Below, piece by piece: positions 1 to 7,437 of a stretch of DNA of 11,750 nucleotides; positions within the stretch are counted from its first letter, which is position 1; each line of letters begins with the position of its first letter. Source of the DNA: a virus (lineage: Duplodnaviria > Heunggongvirae > Uroviricota > Caudoviricetes); IMG/VR virus record IMGVR_UViG_2585427760_000003. One strand, written 5' to 3'. The notes below the pieces were generated by a model that worked only from the letters and a program-made list of their open reading frames with translations, was not told the DNA's origin and did not search any database. The position numbers and the translations under genes were made by a program.

Positions 1-264
1 GTATTCGGTGAACGCACTATGGCGACGCTGGGGCGTCTTATGAGCCTGCTGTCACCCTTTGACGTGGTGATATGGATGACGGATGGCTGGCCGCTGTATG
101 AATCCCGCCTGAAGGGAAAGCTGCACGTAATCAGCAAGCGATATACGCAGCGAATTGAGCGGCATAACCTGAATCTGAGGCAGCACCTGGCACGGCTGGG
201 ACGGAAGTCGCTGTCGTTCTCAAATCGGTGGAGCTGCATGACAAAGTCATCGGGCATTATCTGA
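1..264 (+). CDS. insB: IS1 transposase InsB, C-terminal portion (5' end outside window); C-terminus differs from canonical InsB, consistent with a 1-nt deletion in the A-run at 222-224
   Basis: Frame-1 translation [74 protein letters not shown] matches InsB; after SFS the frame gives [13 protein letters not shown] whereas one extra A restores [20 protein letters not shown] ending at TAA 282-284. Confidence 0.85.
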
Positions 265-276
265 ACATAAAACACT

Positions 277-299
277 ATCAATAAGTTGGAGTCATTACC
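277..299. repeat. IS1 terminal inverted repeat (IRR), ~23 bp
   Basis: Sequence ...caataagttggagtcattacc, complement of the GGTAATGACTCCAACTTATTG IS1 end; abuts fimZ-derived sequence at position 300. Confidence 0.8.
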
Positions 300-693
300 G
301 CGTTTCGCTGGGAAAAAACGTGTATCCGGAGAGGATCATCTGAACGGCATGAAAAATATCATTCTGATCATTGCATTTACTGACAAAACCGTTAGCACCA
401 GCTTGTATCGCTCTGCCAGCATAAAAGCATTCTGATTTCGATGATAAAAATAACACTTTCACTGTGCTCTGGATTTGTTTGATCCTTTTCAGGAAGGTAA
501 AACCGTCTGTTCCGGGCAAGTCTATATCCATAATGATTAAATCAACAGGACGGGTTCGGAGATAATCGATGGTTATGCGGTAATCATCCGTTTTCAGGAC
601 AATCTGCAATTCACTGTTTTTTTGCAACAGAACTTCAATAGACATTCTGATGATAGGATGAGTATCCATAATGATCACCGACGTTGGTTTCAT
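295..693 (-). pseudogene. fimZ: fimZ response regulator (LuxR family), 3'-truncated by the IS1 insertion; encodes receiver domain only and loses the C-terminal HTH
   Basis: Minus-strand translation MKPTSVIIMDTHPIIRMSIEVLLQKNSELQIVLKTDDYRITIDYLRTRPVDLIIMDIDLPGTDGFTFLKRIK...SGYTFFPSET matches E. coli FimZ residues 1-131 from memory; the frame then reads R and a TAA stop (295-297) supplied by the IS1 end instead of native ...LNYIKSN. Upstream in-frame Met at 756 is probably not the start. Confidence 0.85.
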
Positions 694-935
694 AGTTACC
701 AGTCTCATAGGAGCGGACAATTTTCCGTTAGGGCGGTAAATTGTACTTTGATACATGAAAATACGGGTTTTCTTGATTCAGACGCGCAGCGATGTGCATT
801 TGTTTGCCGCTATAGCGAAATAAATCAGAAAATCAGACGCGGTCGTTCACTTGTTCAGCAACCAGATCAAAAGCCATTGACTCAGCAAGGGTTGACCGTA
901 TAATTCACGCGATTACACCGCATTGCGGTATCAAC

Positions 936-1012
936 GCGCCCTTAGCTCAGTTGGATAGAGCAACGACCTTCTAAGTCGTGGGCCGCAGGTTCGAATCCTG
1001 CAGGGCGCGCCA
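936..1012 (+). tRNA. argU: tRNA-Arg (anticodon UCU)
   Basis: 77-nt cloverleaf GCGCCCTTAGCTCAGTTGGATAGAGCAACGACCTTCTAAGTCGTGGGCCGCAGGTTCGAATCCTGCAGGGCGCGCCA; acceptor stem GCGCCCT/AGGGCGC, anticodon loop CTTCTAA with TCT at 970-972, T-loop GTTCGAATC, 3' CCA. Confidence 0.95.
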
Positions 1013-1027
1013 TTACAATTCAATCAG

Positions 1028-2191
1028 TTACGCCTTCTTTATATCCTCCATAATTCCAGAGTGGGACATATTTGGGACATTATCACCAAAAATGTCGTCT
1101 ATTTTCCTCGCATGCTCTGTCAAATGATTAGGCGCAAGGTGAGCATACCTACGAACCATTTCTATGGACTCCCATCCGCCCATTTCCTGAAGCACTGATA
1201 ATGGGACGCCTGACTGAATCAGCCAGCTTGCCCAGGTGTGTCTGAGGTCATGGAAACGGAAATCTTCAATTCCTGCACGACGACAAGCTGATAGCCATGA
1301 TGTCTTGCTGTCGATGCGCATCTTCCTGACCGCAGGCGTTGATGTTCCATCTGCTCGCTTAGCCGCCTTGGTATGTACAAACACCCATTTGTGATGCTTG
1401 CCTATTTGATCACGCAACACTTTACAGGCGGTATCGTTCAGCGCCACACCAATGGCGCGGTTTGATTTGCTCTCTTCTGGATTCACCCAGGCAACTCGTC
1501 GCTGCATGTCGATTTGTTGCCATTCCAGATTTATGATGTTCGACTTTCTCAGACCAGTTGCCAGCGCAAACTTGACGACAGATTTCAGTGGTTCGGGGCA
1601 CTCATCAATAAGGCGTTTTGCTTCCTCCTTTTCCAGCCATCTGACTCGCTTGTTTCTGACCGCTGGTATCTTGATGACAGGCGCTTTTTCCAGCCACTTC
1701 CAGTCGCGTTCTGCAGCACGGAGAATGGCCTTTATCATGGCAAGATGCTTTGCCTTTGTCTGAGTTGATACTGGCTTTGGTTCATAAACAGGCAGTTCTT
1801 TACCTTTCCTGATGGCGGCCTGAACTTTCTGTTTCCATATTTCTTTCGTCTTTCTGTTATGCATTCTGCTTACAGCAGAGTAAATCTTTGCCTCCGAGAT
1901 ATCTTTAAGCCTTATACCCTCAAAATGTTCAAGCCAGAACTCAATCCGGCTTTTATCTGAATCGAGAGATTTTTTATCAGCTTTTTCCTCAAGCCATCTT
2001 AGGCAGGCCTCTTCAAAAGTGACATCAGGTAAATCCCCTAGCTTTTCTACTCGCCAGAGTTCTGCTTTTCGCTTGTCGTGCAACTCCTGAGCTTGCCGCT
2101 TGTCCTTTGTGCCAAGAGATTCCTTAATTCGTTTCCCGCCCGGGAGCGAATACGAGGCATACCATATTTCATTTCTGCGGAAGAGTGACAT
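1028..2191 (-). CDS. intD: Prophage integrase, tyrosine recombinase family (DLP12 IntD-like), 387 aa
   Basis: 387-aa minus-strand ORF immediately adjacent to the tRNA 3' end; C-terminal catalytic region with [11 protein letters not shown] and VRRYAHL (catalytic Tyr) motifs; N-terminus [35 protein letters not shown]. Confidence 0.93.
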   Translation of the reverse strand: MSLFRRNEIWYASYSLPGGKRIKESLGTKDKRQAQELHDKRKAELWRVEKLGDLPDVTFEEACLRWLEEKADKKSLDSDKSRIEFWLEHFEGIRLKDISEAKIYSAVSRMHNRKTKEIWKQKVQAAIRKGKELPVYEPKPVSTQTKAKHLAMIKAILRAAERDWKWLEKAPVIKIPAVRNKRVRWLEKEEAKRLIDECPEPLKSVVKFALATGLRKSNIINLEWQQIDMQRRVAWVNPEESKSNRAIGVALNDTACKVLRDQIGKHHKWVFVHTKAAKRADGTSTPAVRKMRIDSKTSWLSACRRAGIEDFRFHDLRHTWASWLIQSGVPLSVLQEMGGWESIEMVRRYAHLAPNHLTEHARKIDDIFGDNVPNMSHSGIMEDIKKA

Positions 2192-2418
2192 TTTCTTTCC
2201 TCTGTTATGCCATCACCCGCGCTCACCTGGACAGTATGCAGCGGAGACTGAAGCGCCGCAATGCAGGCTTGCCGTGTTGTGAGGTAAGGAGATTTTGGCT
2301 TGGTTGGATCTTTACGTGTTGCCTGTAGGCGGCCTGTTCGTATCCAGTTGGTGGCGGTTGGTCTGGATATCTTAAGAAACTGACAGGCCTCATCGAGTGT
2401 GAGGCTGTATGATTCCAT
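2047..2418 (-). CDS. Excisionase-like HTH protein (AlpA/Xis family); ORF is unusually long (123 codons) and overlaps the integrase start by 145 nt, so the 3' extension may not be genuine
   Basis: ATG at 2418-2416 preceded by GAGGT SD; N-terminal [31 protein letters not shown] resembles the HTH of AlpA-type excisionases; position directly upstream of int. Confidence 0.6.
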   Translation of the reverse strand: MESYSLTLDEACQFLKISRPTATNWIRTGRLQATRKDPTKPKSPYLTTRQACIAALQSPLHTVQVSAGDGITEERKCHSSAEMKYGMPRIRSRAGNELRNLLAQRTSGKLRSCTTSEKQNSGE

Positions 2419-2668
2419 GGTTACCTCTGCTTTTTGAACGCATGTCACGTAACTTCTTAATGTGTTCTGCCGTTTCGATCTCTTCTGCTATCCGATCTGC
2501 ATCAGCTTTATTCACAGGTTCAAAGTCATGATTAAAGCGGAACATGCTGGCGATACATGTTCTGCCTTTTCGGATGTAGTGAACTTTGTTGTGGGTAGAA
2601 CGCAGGATTTTGCAGGGAGTGCCGTGGTGGTCGACGTACCAGGTGTTAGGAAAAATGATTCTGAACAT
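2390..2668 (-). CDS. Hypothetical protein, 92 aa (no family recognised)
   Basis: ORF with GAGGTG SD 5 nt upstream of ATG at 2668; codirectional with and between the TraR-like gene and xis; overlaps the xis start by 29 nt. Confidence 0.5.
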   Translation of the reverse strand: MFRIIFPNTWYVDHHGTPCKILRSTHNKVHYIRKGRTCIASMFRFNHDFEPVNKADADRIAEEIETAEHIKKLRDMRSKSRGNHGIIQPHTR

Positions 2669-2715
2669 TTTTACACCTCAGTTGGACGATGTTGAAATTT
2701 GCTGCTTTGAGGCCA

Positions 2716-2934
2716 TCACAGTCCCCATTGTTTGTTCTTAAGTTCGATCTCCTCCTGGCAACTCGCACAAGTCCGACAACCCTGAACAGCCAGGCGTCTT
2801 CGCTCATCTATCGGATCGCCACACTCACAACAATGAGTTGCGGATACAGTCTGGTAGTTCAGACGACGCATTTTTATTGCTGTATTGCGCTGTAATTCTT
2901 CGATTTCTGATGCTGAATCAATGATGTCTGCCAT
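2716..2934 (-). CDS. TraR/DksA-family C4-type zinc-finger protein, 72 aa
   Basis: Translation contains CECGDPIDERRRLAVQGCRTCASCQ, matching the TraR/DksA signature (compare F-plasmid TraR CEACGNPIPEARRKIFPGVTLCVECQ from memory). Confidence 0.75.
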   Translation of the reverse strand: MADIIDSASEIEELQRNTAIKMRRLNYQTVSATHCCECGDPIDERRRLAVQGCRTCASCQEEIELKNKQWGL

Positions 2935-2985
2935 CTTTCATTAATCCCTGAATTGTTGGTTAATACGCTTGAGGGTAAATGCGAA

Positions 2986-3011
2986 TAATAAAAAAGGAGC
3001 CTGTAGCTCCC
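2986..3011 (-). terminator. Candidate rho-independent terminator or attenuator on the minus strand, upstream of the TraR-like gene
   Basis: Minus-strand RNA GGGAGC-UACAG-GCUCCU followed by UUUUUUAUUAUU; short stem (5-6 bp), so weak; lies inside a 29-codon minus-strand ORF (2941-3030). Confidence 0.4.
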
Positions 3012-3161
3012 TGATGATTTTGCTTTTCATGTTCACCGTTCCTTAAAGACGCCGTTCAACATGCCGATCGCCATGCTTAAATGAGTCGGTGTGAATCCCA
3101 TCAGCGTTACCGTTTCGCGGTGCTTCTTTAGTATCTGGCTGAAAGAGGGGGTTATTAAGGC

Positions 3162-3524
3162 GTGAATACCTACAGCATCACATTACCCTGGCCTCCGAGC
3201 AATAATCGCTATTACCGCCATAATCGCGGGCGCACGCACGTCAGCGCAGAGGGGCAGGCATACCGCGATAACGTCGCCCGAATCATTAAAAACGCAATGC
3301 TGGATATCGGCCTGGCTATGCCTGTGAAAATCCGCATTGAGTGCCACATGCCGGATCGCCGTCGCCGTGACCTGGATAATCTGCAAAAAGCCGCTTTTGA
3401 CGCACTCACTAAAGCAGGTTTCTGGCTGGATGATGCTCAGGTCGTTGATTACCGCGTTGTGAAGATGCCTGTTACCAAAGGTGGGAGGCTGGAACTGACC
3501 ATCACCGAAATGGGGAATGAATGA
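3162..3524 (+). CDS. rusA: Holliday-junction resolvase RusA (crossover junction endodeoxyribonuclease), 120 aa, GTG start
   Basis: Translation [120 protein letters not shown] matches E. coli RusA from memory. Confidence 0.93.
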   Translation: MNTYSITLPWPPSNNRYYRHNRGRTHVSAEGQAYRDNVARIIKNAMLDIGLAMPVKIRIECHMPDRRRRDLDNLQKAAFDALTKAGFWLDDAQVVDYRVVKMPVTKGGRLELTITEMGNE

Positions 3525-3661
3525 TGTTTGAGTTTTATATGGCAGAACTTCTTCGCCACCGCTGGGGGCATCTGCGCTTATATCGTTTCCCCGGTTCTGT
3601 TTTGACCGATTACCGAATACTGAAGAGTTACGCCAAAACCCTGACAGGAGCAGGAGTATGA
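3521..3661 (+). CDS. ylcG: Small nin-region protein YlcG-like, 46 aa
   Basis: ATG overlaps the rusA stop (ATGA); translation [46 protein letters not shown]; below the 60-aa ORF-track cutoff, identified by hand translation and synteny between rusA and quuD. Confidence 0.75.
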   Translation: MMFEFYMAELLRHRWGHLRLYRFPGSVLTDYRILKSYAKTLTGAGV

Positions 3662-3746
3662 AGTCAGAGATAACAATCAACTAATACTGTTTTGTTGATT
3701 TTTGCTTGTAATTGGCGTTTTGGTCTGATTTTTGTGGAGTAAGTTG

Positions 3747-4130
3747 ATGCGTGATATTCAGATGGTTCTTGAGCGTTGGGGAGCGTGGGCGGCTAATAAT
3801 CATGAAGATGTGACCTGGTCGTCCATTGCCGCCGGTTTTAAGGGATTAATTCCTTCAAAAGTAAAATCTCGCCCGCAATGTTGTGACGATGACGCGATGA
3901 TCATTTGCGGGTGCATGGCCCGTCTGAAAAAGAACAACAGCGATTTGCACGATTTATTAGTAGATTATTATATAGTCGGTATGACATTCATGTCACTGGC
4001 AGGTAAGCATTGCTGCTCTGATGGTTATATCGGGAAAAGGTTACAAAAGGCTGAGGGCATAATTGAAGGGATGTTAATGGCATTAGATATCCGGTTAGAG
4101 ATGGATATCGTTGTTAATAACTCTAATTAA
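3747..4130 (+). CDS. quuD: Late-gene antiterminator Q homolog (phage-82-type Q, DLP12 QuuD), 127 aa
   Basis: [67 protein letters not shown]...; ATG at 3747 with GGAG SD at 3736-3739; the ORF track starts at an upstream TTG (3732), which I consider less likely. Confidence 0.88.
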   Translation: MRDIQMVLERWGAWAANNHEDVTWSSIAAGFKGLIPSKVKSRPQCCDDDAMIICGCMARLKKNNSDLHDLLVDYYIVGMTFMSLAGKHCCSDGYIGKRLQKAEGIIEGMLMALDIRLEMDIVVNNSN

Positions 4131-4150
4131 TACGCCAATTATTTACTAAA

Positions 4151-4181
4151 AGTTATTAAAAATGGGGCGTTGAAGCGCCCC
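4151..4181 (-). terminator. Rho-independent terminator on minus strand (GC-rich hairpin plus U-tract), likely ending the nmpC transcript
   Basis: GGGGCG (4164-4169) / CGCCCC (4176-4181) stem with 6-nt loop; on the minus strand it is followed by AUUUUUAAUAACU. On the plus strand it is followed by an A-run, so it is not a plus-strand terminator. Confidence 0.6.
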
Positions 4182-4318
4182 CAAAAATAAAGGGTAATAT
4201 ATAACAGAAGGTTTGTATAGTTAGAAGCAAGGTTGTGCTTCTAAAGGAAGTGGCTTGAGGGAGCCACTTATATGTTGGGGAGGCAAAGCCTCCCACAACA
4301 TATCTTTTAGTAATCAAA

Positions 4319-5401
4319 TTAGAACTGGTAAACCATACCTACAGCAACGATATCATCGGTAGCAACGCCAGATGCTTTCGTGAAATCGCTCTTATCAATC
4401 AGGTTGATTTTGTAGTCAACAAAAGTGGACATATTTTTGTTGAAGTAATAGGTTGCACCTACATCAACATATTCAACCAGGTCCTGATCACCCCAAACAC
4501 CCAAGTCTTTTCCTTTAGAATGCAGGTAAGCAACGGATGGACGCAGGCCGAAGTCGAACTGATATTGTGCAACAGCTTCGAAGTTTTGTGCTTTGTTGGC
4601 AATATGGTTATTACCAAAAACAGTCATGTTCTGGGTTTCAGAATAGGTGGTGGCCAGATAGATGTTGTTCGCATCATATTTCAGACCAGCTGCCCATACT
4701 TCAGCATTTTGACCAGAAGCATTCAGACCGTTGTTACCGTAGATAACCTGATTATTAGTGCGATCAGATTTAGCATAGGTTGCACCCACGCCGAATCCTT
4801 CATACTCATAAGTAGTTGAGAAACCGAAACCATCGCCATTAGCTTCAGTTACTTCATTTCGGTCATTTTTGCCCTGATACTGAGCTGCAAAGTTCAGGCC
4901 ATCAACCAGACCAAAGAAGTCGTTGTTACGATAAGTTGCAACACCTGTGGTGCGACCAGTCATGAACACATCTGTTTGGGTCCAGGTATCGCCACCGAAT
5001 TCTGGCAGAACGTCAGTCCACGCACCGATGTCGTATGCTACACCGTAGTTACGGCCGTAATCGATTGAGCCGTAGTCACCGAATTTCAGGCCAGCGAAGG
5101 CAAGACGGGTTTTATCTTTGGAGGAACCTTGAGATTCAGCGCGGTTGCCTTTGAATTCATATTCCCACTGACCGAAACCAGTCAGTTGATCGTTGATTTG
5201 GGTTTCACCTTTGAAGCCAAGACGGGCATAAGTAGTATCACCATCATCTGCATCATTAGAGGAGAAGTAGTGCTTAGCATTAACTTTCCCGTACAGATCC
5301 AGCTTGTTACTGTCTTTATTATAAATTTCAGCTGCCTGAGCAGACATCGCCATCAGTACTGATGCAGCTACAGCAGAAATTGCCACTGTTAATTTTTTCA
5401 T
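4319..5401 (-). CDS. nmpC: Outer-membrane general porin NmpC (OmpC/OmpF/PhoE family), apparently intact, 360 aa
   Basis: Signal peptide [23 protein letters not shown] then [16 protein letters not shown]; porin motifs throughout; C-terminal ...VGMVYQF typical of beta-barrel porins; placed on the opposite strand between Q and the lysis genes as in DLP12. Confidence 0.9.
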   Translation of the reverse strand: MKKLTVAISAVAASVLMAMSAQAAEIYNKDSNKLDLYGKVNAKHYFSSNDADDGDTTYARLGFKGETQINDQLTGFGQWEYEFKGNRAESQGSSKDKTRLAFAGLKFGDYGSIDYGRNYGVAYDIGAWTDVLPEFGGDTWTQTDVFMTGRTTGVATYRNNDFFGLVDGLNFAAQYQGKNDRNEVTEANGDGFGFSTTYEYEGFGVGATYAKSDRTNNQVIYGNNGLNASGQNAEVWAAGLKYDANNIYLATTYSETQNMTVFGNNHIANKAQNFEAVAQYQFDFGLRPSVAYLHSKGKDLGVWGDQDLVEYVDVGATYYFNKNMSTFVDYKINLIDKSDFTKASGVATDDIVAVGMVYQF

Positions 5402-5829
5402 CGTGAGCCCTTTTTTTTGAACTATTATTAAAAAATGATGTCACTGCGCGATAAATATTCATCTAATCAATGTGATTATTTCAAGATGTAAGTTTTGGTT
5501 TCTCGTTTAATTTGTGAAGTAGATCTCTATTTTTATCTGAACTTTTTTCTATCGAATCCTATTCATGGCTCTTGGCTGAATAAAAATAAATCTATTAGCC
5601 AATTTATATTAATGGCTGTTATTTATAAGTGCTCTATAATTTGAAGGTTCAATTTAAATTGGCTAAAAATAACGCTGGAAATTATTTGTTGGTTATTTGT
5701 TGAGATTTTCTTATGTATTTGTAGTGGTGTTTTCAATACTCGGTAGCATTCTCGCAAATATCATTTAGTGGTTTACGTACGTAAAAAATTGGTTATGCTG
5801 TTAAGAGTGGTTACTTCGTTACACAGCTT

Positions 5830-5862
5830 AAACCCGCCGTCGAGCGGGTTTTTCCATTTTTT
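5830..5862 (+). terminator. Rho-independent terminator upstream of essD; candidate tR'-like terminator of a short late-promoter transcript
   Basis: AACCCGC (5831-5837) / GCGGGTT (5844-5850) stem, 6-nt loop, followed by TTTCCATTTTTT; sits ~110 bp upstream of the holin start. Confidence 0.55.
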
Positions 5863-5974
5863 GAGTCTCGATATTAGCTGATAACCCAATACCTGAGTTA
5901 TTCACTGACTCCGAGTCTGTTACGTTTCGTAGTATTCCCTCAATTTACACCCGCTTTGTCTGCGAGGTGGGGTT

Positions 5975-6190
5975 ATGAAATCCATGGATAAGTTAACAAC
6001 GGGTGTCGCCTATGGCACCTCAGCAGGTAGTGCCGGGTACTGGTTTTTACAGCTGCTCGATAAAGTCACGCCCTCACAGTGGGCAGCAATAGGTGTGCTG
6101 GGTAGCCTGGTATTTGGCCTGCTGACGTACCTGACAAACCTTTATTTCAAGATTAAAGAAGATAAGCGCAAGGCTGCGAGAGGTGAATAA
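5975..6190 (+). CDS. essD: Phage-21-type class II holin (pinholin S21 homolog) with dual-start motif, 71 aa
   Basis: [71 protein letters not shown]; two TM segments; Met1 and Met4 (5975 and 5984) give the holin/antiholin dual start; GAGGTGG SD upstream. Confidence 0.9.
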
Positions 6191-6687
6191 TGCCTCCATC
6201 ATTACGAAAAGCTGTTGCTGCTGCTATTGGTGGCGGGGCTATTGCTATAGCATCTGTGTTAATCACTGGCCCAAGTGGTAACGATGGTCTGGAAGGTGTG
6301 AGACATAATCCTTACAAAGACATAGTTGGTGTATGGACTGTATGTTACGGGCATACAGGAAAAGACATCATTCCCGGTAAAACGTATACCGAAGCAGAGT
6401 GCAAAGCCCTCCTGAATAAAGACCTTGCCACTGTCGCCAGACAAATTAACCGGTACATCAAAGTCGATATACCGGAAACAACGCGCGGCGCTCTTTACTC
6501 GTTCGTCTACAACGTGGGTGCTGGCAATTTCAGAACATCGACGCTTCTTCGCAAAATAAACCAGGGTGATATTAAAGGCGCATGTGATCAGCTACGGCGC
6601 TGGACATACGCTGGCGGTAATCAATGGAAAGGACTGATGACTCGCCGTGAGATTGAGCGTGAAGTCTGTTTGTGGGGGAAACAATGA
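6190..6687 (+). CDS. rrrD: SAR endolysin (T4-lysozyme-like muramidase with N-terminal signal-anchor-release domain), 165 aa
   Basis: N-terminal Gly/Ala-rich hydrophobic SAR segment [20 protein letters not shown] followed by lysozyme catalytic region [23 protein letters not shown]; start overlaps the essD stop (TAATG). Confidence 0.9.
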   Translation: MPPSLRKAVAAAIGGGAIAIASVLITGPSGNDGLEGVRHNPYKDIVGVWTVCYGHTGKDIIPGKTYTEAECKALLNKDLATVARQINRYIKVDIPETTRGALYSFVYNVGAGNFRTSTLLRKINQGDIKGACDQLRRWTYAGGNQWKGLMTRREIEREVCLWGKQ

Positions 6688-7142
6688 GCAGAGTAACCGC
6701 GATTATCTCCGCTCTGGTTATCTGCATCATCGTCTGCCTGTCATTGGCTGTTAATCATTACCGTGATAACGCAATCGCCTACAAAGAGCAGCGCGATAAC
6801 AAGGCCAGTGAACTGGAGAAGGCGAACGCCACCATCGCTGACATGCGGAAGCGTCAACGTGATGTAGCAGAACTCGACGCAAGATACACAAAGGAGCTTG
6901 CTGATGCTAACGCGACTATCGAAAGTCTCCGTGCTGATGTTTCTGCTGGGCGTAAGCGCCTGCAAGTCGCCGCCACCTGTGCAAAGTCAACGACCGGAGC
7001 CAGCGGCATGGGCGATGGAGAAAGCCCAGGACTTACAGCAGATGCTGAACTCAATTATTACCGTCTCCGAAGTGGAATCGACAAGATAACCGCGCAGGTT
7101 AACTACCTGCAGGAATACATCAGGACGCAATGCCTGAAATAA
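6684..7142 (+). CDS. rzpD: Spanin inner-membrane subunit Rz (i-spanin), 152 aa
   Basis: ATG overlaps the rrrD stop (ATGA); N-terminal TM segment [20 protein letters not shown] then coiled-coil-like periplasmic domain; ORF track starts at an upstream GTG (6672). Confidence 0.85.
   Translation: MSRVTAIISALVICIIVCLSLAVNHYRDNAIAYKEQRDNKASELEKANATIADMRKRQRDVAELDARYTKELADANATIESLRADVSAGRKRLQVAATCAKSTTGASGMGDGESPGLTADAELNYYRLRSGIDKITAQVNYLQEYIRTQCLK
6904..7089 (+). CDS. rzoD: Spanin outer-membrane lipoprotein subunit Rz1 (o-spanin), embedded in the +1 frame of rzpD, 61 aa
   Basis: AAGGAG SD at 6891-6896, ATG at 6904; lipoprotein signal [20 protein letters not shown] with lipobox Cys, proline-rich mature region [13 protein letters not shown]; fully nested inside rzpD. 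Confidence 0.75.
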   Translation: MLTRLSKVSVLMFLLGVSACKSPPPVQSQRPEPAAWAMEKAQDLQQMLNSIITVSEVESTR

Positions 7143-7174
7143 TTTTTTTGCAAATCACAAAGTCCATTTAATGA

Positions 7175-7198
7175 GCCTCGCGATGCGGGGCTTTTTTT
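7175..7198 (+). terminator. Rho-independent terminator after the lysis cassette
   Basis: GCCTCGC-GAT-GCGGGGC stem-loop (7 bp including one G-U) followed by TTTTTTT, ~33 bp downstream of the rzpD stop. Confidence 0.65.
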
Positions 7199-7437
7199 AC
7201 ATCTGAATTTCACAGCGCATCTCACGCGCATATTACATCACCCGAGCCTTTCAGAAAGTTGAGCCTGAGAACTGCCGTATATGGTGGCGACCATCTCGGG
7301 GCGGCTTTTCTGTGAGACAGGCTCACTTTCTAAAAGGTAAAGACGCTATGAACCAATTAGAAGAAAAGCTTCAAAGAATGATTTCCTTATACAAGGAAGA
7401 TAACTGCCAAAAAGTTCCTTAAAACATCGCAGAGTTA

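Larger units (their letters stand above)
1..299 (+). mobile_element. IS1 insertion sequence, right-hand portion (element begins outside the window); terminal inverted repeat ends at 299
   Basis: Reverse complement of 269-299 is GGTAATGACTCCAACTTATTGATAGTGTTTT, the IS1 terminal inverted repeat as I recall it; 1-264 encodes the InsB C-terminal region. Junction with fimZ-derived sequence at 299/300. Confidence 0.9.

Noticed and set aside
622-903. 93-aa plus-strand ORF spanning the fimZ start and the fimZ-argU intergenic region
   Set aside because: Overlaps the fimZ 5' end antisense and runs through the likely promoter region; His/Arg-rich, no SD; more likely non-coding.
1452-1768. Two plus-strand ORFs (103 and 84 aa) inside the integrase gene
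   Set aside because: Antisense to intD, which has clear family motifs; no independent support.
2462-2895. Plus-strand ORFs of 77 and 68 aa overlapping the minus-strand 92-aa and TraR-like genes
   Set aside because: Antisense to ORFs that have SD sequences and, for the zinc finger, a clear family signature.
3183-3680. 165-aa and 65-aa minus-strand ORFs antisense to rusA and ylcG
   Set aside because: Overlap the recognisable rusA gene on the opposite strand; no SD; composition typical of antisense artefacts.
4520-5362. Three plus-strand ORFs within nmpC
   Set aside because: Antisense to an unmistakable porin gene.
6259-7054. Minus-strand ORFs within rrrD and rzpD
   Set aside because: Antisense to the lysis genes; the genuine nested gene here is rzoD on the plus strand.
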